64,000 nt of DNA from Salinispira sp. (GCA_965602015.1 OZ271918.1:3328001-3392000), one strand, 5' to 3'. Positions 12,099-20,272 are shown, counted from the stretch's first letter. A program made the numbers and translations. Notes: generated by a model not told the origin, from the sequence alone.

Positions 12099-12326
12099 TT
12101 ACAAATCTTCACGTGACTGAGGAAGATCATTTTCGTGAGCGAGTTCGAAATCAGGTGAAAACTTATCGAAGGATTGTTTAAAAAGATCCCAGACTTTATC
12201 TTTTGGAATGAGCATGACGATGTCATCGATCTTTTTGATAAATACGTCATCCCCAGAAAATCGATATTCCTTAGGAAGTCTGACTGCTTGGCTTCGCCCA
12301 TTTTCAAATAGTTTAGCTGTATCCAT
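12099..12326 (-). CDS. vapB: VapB antitoxin (AbrB/MazE-type)
   Basis: [20 protein letters not shown]; directly upstream of vapC. Confidence 0.93.
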   Translation of the reverse strand: MDTAKLFENGRSQAVRLPKEYRFSGDDVFIKKIDDIVMLIPKDKVWDLFKQSFDKFSPDFELAHENDLPQSREDL

Positions 12327-12345
12327 TTCGTGCCCCTAGAAAATA

Positions 12346-12365
12346 ATATATATTCAAGTATATAT
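12346..12365. promoter_or_regulatory. Putative VapBC operator
   Basis: Inverted repeat ATATATA-N6-TATATAT just upstream of vapB. Confidence 0.5.
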
Positions 12366-12417
12366 CTACCGTCATAATCAATCAATGATTTGAGATCGAT
12401 CACAAATCAGGAACAAG

Positions 12418-13768
12418 AATGGTGTCCAAATTAGTTCGCAATTTCATGTAGGAGCCAGCTTCCTCCAGCGGGTTAAGCGGCTATTTTCGGGATGAGATCT
12501 CGTTGCTCATCCAGTATTTCCTTTTTAATATAGGCCTTGCCGGCTGTCCAGTCTTCCGTGTATTCAATCAGGAAACAGGTCACCAATCTCAGGTAAGAAT
12601 CCTGAGATGGGAAAATCCCGACGACTTTCGACCGCCGACGGATCTCCCGGTTCAGTCTTTCCAGCATGTTTGTCGAAGCGACCTTCCGATGATCGAGCTT
12701 TGGAAATTCATAGAACTGGAGTGAGTCTTCAAGTCCGTTATCCAGGATTTCCACCGCCTCAGGGAATTGCGATTCCAGATCATCCATCACCTGTTTGGCA
12801 TATTCCCGTGCGGTACCGGCATCCGGTTGAAGCCAGATATGTTTGATACGGGCGGCAACATGCTCTTTGTGTTTGGCTCTCACTTTTGCCAACACGTTCC
12901 GCATGAAATGTACTTTGCAGCGTTGCCAGCTGGAACCAAGGAATTCTTTCTGGATAGCATTCTTCAATCCCAGATGCGCATCTGAGACCACAAGCCACAC
13001 GGACCGAAGGCCACGCTCCTTCAACCTCTGGATCAGGAACCGGTAATTGTCTTCATTTTCAGCATCCATGGGCTCTATTGCCAGGATTTCCCGTTCTCCA
13101 GCCCTGTTGAGGCCGCACACGACCATAACCGCATGATTGTAGACTCTCCCGTCATCCCGGATCTTTTCATACAGGGCGTCTATCCAGATTACTGGGTACT
13201 CCGCTTCAAGGGGGCGATTGCGAAATGTATCAACCTGTTCATCAAGACCTTTGTTGATTTCTGAAACCTGGCTTGCGGAAATATTCTCGATTCCCAGCTG
13301 TTTTGCCAGACGATCAATCTTCCGGGTTGAAACGCCGTTAATGAATGCTTCCTGGACAACCTGAAGAAGCGCCTGCTCAGACCGGCGCTTCTCGGTGACA
13401 AAGAAGGGGATATACCCTCCCTTTCGGAGCTTTGGAACCACCAGATACATGGTACCTAATCGGGTATCAAAACGGCGAACCCGTGTTCCGGAAAAGTGAG
13501 TAGCCCGGTTGTGGGAGTGCTGACCTTTGGGGGCACCGACCTTGAATTCGACTTCGATTTTCATAAGCTGCTCTGTTGTCCATTTGAGCATCTCAAACAA
13601 GGGATCGGATTCACCGGTGAATTGGGATAGCAGATTCTTGAAATCTGCGGTAGAGTTTTTTGGGGCCATGATTACTTACTCCTTCTGGTTGTGTATCGCT
13701 ACTTAACCTTCGGAGAGAATTGTGGCTCCTTTTACTTTTCTAAATTGCGAACATTATTGGACGTGATC
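12418..13768 (-). mobile_element. IS256-family insertion sequence
   Basis: Imperfect terminal IRs AATGGTGTCCAAATTAGTTCGCAATTT and (rc) GATCACGTCCAATAATGTTCGCAATTT around the transposase. No target duplication visible. Confidence 0.88.
12473..13669 (-). CDS. IS256-family (mutator-type) transposase
   Basis: GVSTRKI, IWIDALYEK, LVVSDAHLGL, WQRCKVHFMRN, STNMLERLNREIRRR. Confidence 0.96.
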   Translation of the reverse strand: MAPKNSTADFKNLLSQFTGESDPLFEMLKWTTEQLMKIEVEFKVGAPKGQHSHNRATHFSGTRVRRFDTRLGTMYLVVPKLRKGGYIPFFVTEKRRSEQALLQVVQEAFINGVSTRKIDRLAKQLGIENISASQVSEINKGLDEQVDTFRNRPLEAEYPVIWIDALYEKIRDDGRVYNHAVMVVCGLNRAGEREILAIEPMDAENEDNYRFLIQRLKERGLRSVWLVVSDAHLGLKNAIQKEFLGSSWQRCKVHFMRNVLAKVRAKHKEHVAARIKHIWLQPDAGTAREYAKQVMDDLESQFPEAVEILDNGLEDSLQFYEFPKLDHRKVASTNMLERLNREIRRRSKVVGIFPSQDSYLRLVTCFLIEYTEDWTAGKAYIKKEILDEQRDLIPKIAA

Positions 13769-13833
13769 TGATTTTCAGCTACTCCTTTTTTCTGTTGCCG
13801 AAGAAATAGTAATGATGAACAACTTGAACAATA

Positions 13834-14076
13834 CTATATCCGTATCTCCTTTCCAATTGATAGAATGGTGATAAGTATTAGGAGGATGTAACCAATTGCG
13901 ACTCCATAGAATCTATAATCTATTTTAGATTTTTTTTTGATTTTGCTTATGAAATACGGTATCACAACGAAAGTCCCTAGTAGAAAGGGTACTAATATCA
14001 CGGGAAGACCCATGTTCTCAAATAACACAAATATTGGATCTAATATCCGCCGAAATAAATCTACTTTGGTATTCAA
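13834..14076 (-). CDS. Small two-TM protein, putative immunity for Rhs tip 1
   Basis: Starts 8 nt after the Rhs1 stop with an AGGAG RBS; AT-rich; two hydrophobic segments. Confidence 0.65.
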   Translation of the reverse strand: MNTKVDLFRRILDPIFVLFENMGLPVILVPFLLGTFVVIPYFISKIKKKSKIDYRFYGVAIGYILLILITILSIGKEIRI

Positions 14077-14084
14077 ATATACTC

Positions 14085-15644
14085 CTAATTATCAGGTAGA
14101 GTTTCACCAACAGTAAAGACAGAAACCCCAATGGAAGCCTCGGCAATTAGTACAGCTCTTGCACTATTTGTAGCAATAAATCGACCATTCGCCGAATTTA
14201 TAAATCTCTGAGCGCCTTGGTTAAATGCAGGTGCAGGGAGAATAAACCCAAGTACACCAGAAAAAGCTGATAGACCAGCACTTACATAATCACCCTCCAC
14301 GACATAGGCAACGCTTGCAAGCAAATCTAGTCCTGCAGATATTCCAAAAAGTATCGGTGCGGCGGCTGGTAAAGAAAAGACTGCAACCATCCCACCGGCA
14401 GTAAATGCTAAAGAAGCATTCGAAACAATGTCAGCAAATTCACCTACACCATCCAGACTATCGCTAGAAGGATCGTTATTCTGACTGTCAATCAAACCCG
14501 ATAGATCATATCCTGCAGCTTCATAATCCTGGATTCCTCGGAGCAGCTCTTTTGCTAAATCCTCTAACTCTTGCTTGTAGGCAAGAAATTCATCCAGCGT
14601 CATGCCGCTGGTATCTTGTTGTGAGAGTTTAACGAGTTTTTCTGACTGTTGGGTTATTGATTCCTGGGCAGAAATACCAGTGGAGACATGATTGATCTGT
14701 TCGGTTATTTCCTCATAGCTGGCAACCTCTGTTGTTGTTTCTTCTACGTTTCCATAATTCTCATTTTCAGGGGTTTTTGTATGGTAATCCCCGGCATCGA
14801 AGATCGTTGTACCCCAGCTCACTTCATTCAAACCGGTTGGATCGAAGTATTTGAGGGGATTGCTCGCTGCATACCGATACCAGTTCGAACCGAACCGTGC
14901 AGGATCCTCGCTTATAAACCTACCCGTCCCCGGGTCATACCACCGAGTATTGAAATAATACAGCCCGGTATCTTCATCCAGGTCCTTTCCGGTGTACATG
15001 AGGTTTTCTGTGTCAGCCATGGGTCCTAATTCTGATACCGAGTCGCCGAAGGGGGTGGTTTCTGCTGAGAAGACTTCGTTGCCGTCTTCGTCTGTCATCA
15101 GCACGGTGCTTCCCAGGTGGTCTGTGCCGTAGAAGTAGGTCTTTTCCGTGTTGGTGCTGTGGTCTACCACCCGTTTGGCAATGTGGCGGAGGTTTCTGAA
15201 TATGTAGTATTCGCTTTTCTCTTCTGTGTGCCGTTCGATTCTGTTGCCCTTTTGGTCGTAGACGTAATGGGTGATCTGGCCGTGTCGGTTTTTCTCCCAT
15301 ATCCTCAGGTTATTCACATCATAGCCGTATTCTTTTATTACCTCCAGATTGCCCTCTTCATCGAGCTCTTCGACGGTCTCAAGGCGGTTTAACAGGTCCC
15401 AGCTGTAGTGGCGGTAGGTTCCTGTCCGGTTGATGGTGATTTCACTGCCGGTGATTGTGGCGCTGTCTCCCCGTTCTGTGAGGTTGCCGTTCTCATCATA
15501 GGCATAGTAGTAGGTTCCGTCGTATTGGAGCAGGTCTGAGTTGGGGTAGTACTGGTATTGCTCACTCTGCATGCTGCCGGCGAGGATGCTTCGCATGGAG
15601 CGGTTGCCGTCGGGGGTGTAGTTGTAGAACTCGTTGCGGCCCAT
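14085..15644 (-). CDS. Orphan Rhs module 1: truncated RHS core plus hydrophobic (putative membrane-active) tip
   Basis: YD repeats, TDHLGS, YTGKDLDEDTGLYYF..RWYDP..GRFISEDP, NPLKYFDPTG cleavage motif; hydrophobic Gly/Ala-rich C-terminus. Confidence 0.9.
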   Translation of the reverse strand: MGRNEFYNYTPDGNRSMRSILAGSMQSEQYQYYPNSDLLQYDGTYYYAYDENGNLTERGDSATITGSEITINRTGTYRHYSWDLLNRLETVEELDEEGNLEVIKEYGYDVNNLRIWEKNRHGQITHYVYDQKGNRIERHTEEKSEYYIFRNLRHIAKRVVDHSTNTEKTYFYGTDHLGSTVLMTDEDGNEVFSAETTPFGDSVSELGPMADTENLMYTGKDLDEDTGLYYFNTRWYDPGTGRFISEDPARFGSNWYRYAASNPLKYFDPTGLNEVSWGTTIFDAGDYHTKTPENENYGNVEETTTEVASYEEITEQINHVSTGISAQESITQQSEKLVKLSQQDTSGMTLDEFLAYKQELEDLAKELLRGIQDYEAAGYDLSGLIDSQNNDPSSDSLDGVGEFADIVSNASLAFTAGGMVAVFSLPAAAPILFGISAGLDLLASVAYVVEGDYVSAGLSAFSGVLGFILPAPAFNQGAQRFINSANGRFIATNSARAVLIAEASIGVSVFTVGETLPDN

Positions 15645-15688
15645 AAGTTCGGCGGTGAGAATTTTCTAAAGTCGGGGGGATGAGAGAA

Positions 15689-15836
15689 AGCCACGTATCA
15701 GGGAGTTGGGGTCTACCACGTATCAGCACCAATAATCACGGATTTGGTTTGGTGACCGGGGCGGTTTTGCAAAAGGGATTTTTCTGCTGACGATATGTTG
15801 AAAGAAAGGAATGAATGGGGCGCGAGGATTCGCGCC
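15689..15836. repeat. ~150-bp island repeat, copy 1
   Basis: Homologous to copies 0 and 2; contains the direct repeat CCACGTATCAG twice. Confidence 0.9.
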
Positions 15837-15986
15837 ATTTTCACAAAGCACTTGGGCTGTGCTGTTTCAGGCTTCCTCCGTTTTTCTCAAGTGTATCTCT
15901 CCGCTCCTCGCGGTCAAGCCGCGCTTCGCTCAGGGGCGTTGACCACTCGTCGCTTCGAGACTGCCTCCTGAAAAAAGGAGGTCAGC

Positions 15987-16358
15987 ATGGCTGAGTATCT
16001 TTTCAAGGAACTGTCCTACACGGTGGTGGGAGCGTTGTATTCGGTGCACAACATCCTGGGTCCCGGGCTTTTGGAAAGCGCGTACGAGGGTGCGCTGGTT
16101 ATTGAGTGTCGCAGGCTGAATCTGGCGGTGGAACAGCAGAAGGTGTATCCGGTGTACTACAAAGGCGAGCTTGCCGGGGCGTACATTGCAGACCTGGTAA
16201 TTGAAGGAAAGCTCATCCTCGAACTAAAAAGTGTTTCCAAGCTCACTCCAGTTATGGAAGCCCAGCTCATAAATTACCTCAGGCTTTCGGGCATCCGCAT
16301 AGGGTACCTGGTAAACTTCAACGGCAGCAGGGTGGAGTTTAAGCGTTTTGTTGTGTGA
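15987..16358 (+). CDS. GxxExxY protein (PD-(D/E)XK nuclease-like), copy 1
   Basis: LGPGLLESAYE, YIADLV..EGK.I.ELKSV, AQLINYL, GYLVNF; AGGAGG RBS. Confidence 0.95.
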   Translation: MAEYLFKELSYTVVGALYSVHNILGPGLLESAYEGALVIECRRLNLAVEQQKVYPVYYKGELAGAYIADLVIEGKLILELKSVSKLTPVMEAQLINYLRLSGIRIGYLVNFNGSRVEFKRFVV

Positions 16359-16366
16359 AGTTTTTT

Positions 16367-16409
16367 CTCTTCTGCAGGCTGCTGCAAGCATCAGCGGTCT
16401 GCAGAAGAG
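16367..16409. terminator. 18-bp-stem hairpin after GxxExxY copy 1
   Basis: CTCTTCTGCAGGCTGCTG-CAAGCAT-CAGCGGTCTGCAGAAGAG; identical at 19373-19415. Confidence 0.55.
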
Positions 16410-16493
16410 TTCTTGCTCAGCGGGAGCAAGATGCTCTTCGATAGGTCCGTCACTGACTGACGTATGTCAAAGAACTTGTTTGTCGGCTCAACC

Positions 16494-16562
16494 CCCATAA
16501 GAAGGATACTTGGAGCTGACGCCGGGATTGGATCCGGCGCAGCTCAAGTCTGGTCTTATGGG
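16494..16562 (+). repeat. Variant attC-like hairpin A
   Basis: CCATAAG-7 nt-CTTG(G)AGCTG(A)CGCCGG-loop-CCGGCGCAGCTCAAG-6 nt-CTTATGG; two bulged bases as in attC. Confidence 0.6.
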
Positions 16563-16598
16563 TTTGTAGTACCCTGTCTTGTATGGCAAAATTGATCA

Positions 16599-17102
16599 TC
16601 ACATTGAAGACCAATCTATTTCGTAAATTTCAATTATTTTTGTTTTGTTTGAATATACCAGATTATAGGGATCAGATGAGGTCAAATCATTGCAATCATG
16701 TTCAATAACTCTCACAATGAACCTATACTCCTCAACCAAGGACGGTTGAATCTCCAATTCAACACCGACTACTGAATCGGTTTCGCGCAGTGTTTCGAGG
16801 ATTAAGTTCCCTTTCCCATCAAAAAAAGTCTGGGAATCATACTTGAGGAGTACATGAAAATCACGATATTCGGAATTTCTCGAAAAAAGTATCGCTTTTT
16901 CAATTACAGAGTTGCTCCCATCACAGAACGAGGCAGCAATTAAATATTGGATATTCTCGATAACAATAGTCGTATCCAATATGCTGAATTCAGTTGAAGA
17001 GAAAAAATCTTCGACTTCCGGGTTTATGTATTCTCCATCACCACATAGATGCGCTAAAAAAATTAACATATAAATTAATAAAAATGTATTTAATTTCTTC
17101 AT
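16599..17102 (-). CDS. Exported protein, putative immunity for the NlpC/P60 tip
   Basis: Starts 8 nt after the Rhs2 stop; N-terminal signal-like segment MKKLNTFLLIYMLIFLAHLC; acidic; AT-rich. Confidence 0.7.
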   Translation of the reverse strand: MKKLNTFLLIYMLIFLAHLCGDGEYINPEVEDFFSSTEFSILDTTIVIENIQYLIAASFCDGSNSVIEKAILFSRNSEYRDFHVLLKYDSQTFFDGKGNLILETLRETDSVVGVELEIQPSLVEEYRFIVRVIEHDCNDLTSSDPYNLVYSNKTKIIEIYEIDWSSM

Positions 17103-17110
17103 TTCATTTC

Positions 17111-18631
17111 CTACTCAAATAATATGTATCGCCAGTTTACTTGGCGGTTCTGGACATTGTGAACGGGTCTGAACGATCCTCGTATGATAATTGTACCGGC
17201 ATTAGACGGCGTATCATTGGTCCGTCCTCCCTGTGGATGTACCATCAGGCCATTTCCCAATTTTATTGTTACATGGTCGTAAACACCGTCCGGATCAGAT
17301 AGATTTCCCCAATCGTAATAATTCAGTGTACCTCTCGATCCATCACCCGCAACAGTTAAATTAGGATCGGTTGCTTGCCCATTAGCATTGCGTGTTCTGA
17401 GGAGTATTCCAGAAGCTTGTTCAATTACAGCCTCAGCCGTACCAGAGCAGTCTAATCCCCCCTTGTCATTATCTGGTTTGCCTCCCCAAATATACGGAGT
17501 GCCAACATATTTTTCGGCTTCATCCGCTAATCTGTCATTCAGTATTAGATTAACAAGCGGCTCTGACTGGTTATAATCTTCAACCAAAATATTGCGAATC
17601 AGATCATCTTCTGCAGACTGAATTTGTGAGTCAATTTCTTGAATCCATTCTTCATCATTGGTAATTGACTGGATTTGATCTCGTTCTGCATACAATTCTG
17701 AGATTCCGGTTTTTTCCTCTTCGATCATCGTGTACCGGATATTGGACAATACAGACTCTGGCATCCCTAAGTCACGTAGATTTTCTAGTTCAGTTTCATG
17801 TTCCTGGGAAATTAATCCGGACGGGTCTACATACCTCAACGGATTGTTTGCAACATAAACATACCACGCCCGGCCGTCGCGAGCAGGATCCTCGCTTATA
17901 AACCTCCCCACCGTTGGGTCATACCAGCGCGCATTGAAATAATACAGCCCGGTATCTTCATCCAGGTCCTTTCCGGTGTACATGAGGTTTTCTGTGTCAG
18001 CCATGGGTCCTAATTCTGATACCGAGTCGCCGAAGGGGGTGGTTTCTGCTGAGAAGACTTCGTTGCCGTCTTCGTCTGTCATCAGCACGGTGCTTCCCAG
18101 GTGGTCTGTGCCGTAGAAGTAGGTCTTTTCCGTGTTGGTGCTGTGGTCTACCACCCGTTTGGCGATGTGGCGGAGGTTTCTGAAGATGTAGTATTCGCTT
18201 TGCTCGTCGGTGTGCCGTTCGATTCTGTTGCCCTTTTGGTTATAGACGTAATGGGTGATTTGGCCGTGTCGGTTTTTCTCCCATATCCTCAGGTTATTCA
18301 CATCATAGCCGTATTCTTTTATTACTTCCAGATTGCCTTCTTCATCGAGCTCTTCGACGGTCTCAAGGCGGTTTAACAGGTCCCAGCTGTAGTGGCGGTA
18401 GGTTCCTGTCCGGTTGATGGTGATTTCACTGTCGGTGATTGTGGCGCTGTCTCCCCGTTCGGTGAGGTTTCCGTTCTCATCATAGGCATAGTAGTAGGTT
18501 CCGTCGTATTGGAGCAGGTCTGAGTTGGGGTAGTACTGGTATTGTTCGCTGACCGGGGGGCTGCCGGCGATGATGCTTCGCATGGAGCGGTTGCCGTAGG
18601 GGGTGTAGTTGTAGAACTCGTTGCGGCCCAA
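17111..18631 (-). CDS. Orphan Rhs module 2: truncated RHS core plus NlpC/P60 peptidoglycan-hydrolase tip
   Basis: Core nearly identical to Rhs1; NPLRYVDPSG; tip has YVGTPYIWGG, GLDCSG, YDHV, MVH (Cys-His-His). Confidence 0.9.
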   Translation of the reverse strand: MGRNEFYNYTPYGNRSMRSIIAGSPPVSEQYQYYPNSDLLQYDGTYYYAYDENGNLTERGDSATITDSEITINRTGTYRHYSWDLLNRLETVEELDEEGNLEVIKEYGYDVNNLRIWEKNRHGQITHYVYNQKGNRIERHTDEQSEYYIFRNLRHIAKRVVDHSTNTEKTYFYGTDHLGSTVLMTDEDGNEVFSAETTPFGDSVSELGPMADTENLMYTGKDLDEDTGLYYFNARWYDPTVGRFISEDPARDGRAWYVYVANNPLRYVDPSGLISQEHETELENLRDLGMPESVLSNIRYTMIEEEKTGISELYAERDQIQSITNDEEWIQEIDSQIQSAEDDLIRNILVEDYNQSEPLVNLILNDRLADEAEKYVGTPYIWGGKPDNDKGGLDCSGTAEAVIEQASGILLRTRNANGQATDPNLTVAGDGSRGTLNYYDWGNLSDPDGVYDHVTIKLGNGLMVHPQGGRTNDTPSNAGTIIIRGSFRPVHNVQNRQVNWRYILFE

Positions 18632-18675
18632 AAGCTCGGCGGTGAGAAATTTTTAAAGCCGTGGGGATGGGAGGA

Positions 18676-18822
18676 AGCCACGTATCAGGGAGTTTTGGTC
18701 TACCACCTATGGTACAAATCCTCACGGATTGGGTTTGGGGAGCGGGCCGGTTCTGTAAAAGGGATTTCTCTGCTGATGGTATGTTGAAAGAAAGCAATGA
18801 ATCGGGCGCGAGGATTCGCGCC
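18676..18822. repeat. ~150-bp island repeat, copy 2
   Basis: Homologous to copies 0 and 1. Confidence 0.9.
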
Positions 18823-18992
18823 TTCTTCCCTATGCCTTGGGCTGTGCTGTCTGGCTTCCCCCGTTTCTCTCAAGTGTATCTCTCCGCTCCTCGCGGTCAA
18901 GGCAGCCTGGTTGTTTTCTCAATTTATTGGCAGGTCTTCCCACCTTGACCACTCGTCGCTTCGAGACTGCCTCCTGAAAAAAGGAGGTCAGC

Positions 18993-19364
18993 ATGGCTGA
19001 GTATCTTTTCAAGGAACTGTCCTACACGGTGGTGGGAGCGTTGTATTCGGTGCACAACATCCTGGGTCCCGGGCTTTTGGAAAGCGCGTACGAGGGTGCA
19101 CTGGTTATTGAGTGTCGCAGGCTGAATCTGGCGGTGGAACAGCAGAAGGTGTATCCGGTGTACTACAAAGGCGAGCTTGCCGGGGCGTACATTGCAGACC
19201 TGGTGGTCGAGGGCAAGGTCATTGTTGAATTAAAAAGCGTTTCGAAACTTACCCCGGTCATGGAAGCCCAGCTCATAAATTACCTCAGGCTTTCGGGCAT
19301 CCGCATAGGGTACCTGGTAAACTTCAACGGTAGCCGGGTGGAGTTTAAGCGTTTTGTAGTGTGA
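18993..19364 (+). CDS. GxxExxY protein, copy 2
   Basis: Three amino-acid differences from copy 1. Confidence 0.95.
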   Translation: MAEYLFKELSYTVVGALYSVHNILGPGLLESAYEGALVIECRRLNLAVEQQKVYPVYYKGELAGAYIADLVVEGKVIVELKSVSKLTPVMEAQLINYLRLSGIRIGYLVNFNGSRVEFKRFVV

Positions 19365-19372
19365 AGTTTTTT

Positions 19373-19415
19373 CTCTTCTGCAGGCTGCTGCAAGCATCAG
19401 CGGTCTGCAGAAGAG
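19373..19415. terminator. 18-bp-stem hairpin after GxxExxY copy 2
   Basis: Identical to 16367-16409. Confidence 0.55.
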
Positions 19416-19452
19416 TTCTTGCTATCTGTCCGCATCATATGGAGTAAAAACA

Positions 19453-19478
19453 TTGACAATCCGTCGCTTATATGCGAC
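19453..19478 (+). promoter_or_regulatory. TA promoter -35 and palindromic operator
   Basis: TTGACA at 19453 followed by GTCGC-TTATAT-GCGAC. Confidence 0.55.
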
Positions 19479-19490
19479 ATTAATTCGATA

Positions 19491-19823
19491 GTGAGTATTG
19501 AATATGAAGTGATAATTTATTCGGACGAAAGTGGTAAAGAGCCATTTTCTAAATTTATCTCATCTATAACAACTCCGTTTCGCGCGCGGATTTTTTCTCG
19601 TCTTGACCGCGTCTCTCGAGGTAATTTGGGCGATGTAAAAATGCTTGGAGCGAATTTTGGCGAAATGAGATTCCATTTCGGTCCAGGGTTTCGAGTGTAT
19701 TTTGGAATCCATGAAAGGACACTCATTGTCCTACTACATGGTGGTACAAAACATCGTCAGAATAAGGATATTGAAAAAGCCAGAGTGTTTTGGCAGGACT
19801 ATTTAGAAAGGATGGTAAAATGA
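19491..19823 (+). CDS. RelE/HigB-like addiction module killer toxin
   Basis: GKEPFSKF, RLDRVSRGNLGDVK, EMRFHFGPGFRVYFG, LLHGGTK..QNKDIEKA; GTG start inferred. Confidence 0.9.
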   Translation: MSIEYEVIIYSDESGKEPFSKFISSITTPFRARIFSRLDRVSRGNLGDVKMLGANFGEMRFHFGPGFRVYFGIHERTLIVLLHGGTKHRQNKDIEKARVFWQDYLERMVK

Positions 19824-20116
19824 AAAATTATAGAAAATTGGTTCAAGAATATGTCAAAGATCCTAACGAAGCATACGAATACCTAAAGGCATCACTTGAA
19901 GATTATGAAACAGATGGGGATCTCGATGCATTCCTTCTCGCTATACGAACAGTTGCAGATGCGCAGGGCGGGATGACAAAACTTTCAGAAGTTACCCATC
20001 TTAATCGACAACATCTATACCGTTCGCTTGCTCGAAATGGGAACCCAACGATAAAAACCCTTGATTCGATACTGCATGCCCTCGGGCTAAAACTGACAGT
20101 AACAAAGGCTTCCTGA
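19820..20116 (+). CDS. Addiction module antidote (HTH) antitoxin
   Basis: YLKASLE, FLLAIRTVADAQGGMTKL, LNRQHLYRSL...GNPT; ATGA overlap with the toxin. Confidence 0.92.
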   Translation: MKNYRKLVQEYVKDPNEAYEYLKASLEDYETDGDLDAFLLAIRTVADAQGGMTKLSEVTHLNRQHLYRSLARNGNPTIKTLDSILHALGLKLTVTKAS

Positions 20117-20201
20117 ATTTCAATTGGGATTGCCGAAGGTAAGCTCTTTGACTGAATGGTCACTTACTTACGTTTTTCAAAGAAGGCTTCGCCGGCTTTC
20201 C

Positions 20202-20272
20202 CCCCATAAGAAAGATACTTGGAGCTGACGCCGGGTTTGGATCCGGCGCAGCTCAAGTTGGGTCTTATGGGG
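20202..20272 (+). repeat. Variant attC-like hairpin B
   Basis: Same architecture as 16494-16562; differences fall in spacers and loop. Confidence 0.6.

Noticed and set aside
12105..12120. Possible third parS (TCTTCACGTGACTG)
   Set aside because: Only the core TCACGTGA matches, and it lies inside vapB.
12092..12403. 103-aa ORF overlapping vapB
   Set aside because: Alternative frame; the 75-aa frame has the VapB signature.
16199..19259. Diversity-generating retroelement TR/VR pair in the GxxExxY or Rhs copies
   Set aside because: Differences are not adenine-specific, are mostly synonymous, and no reverse transcriptase is in the window.
10744..20272. CRISPR array
   Set aside because: Repeats are kilobases apart and separated by genes; no short regular spacers and no cas genes.
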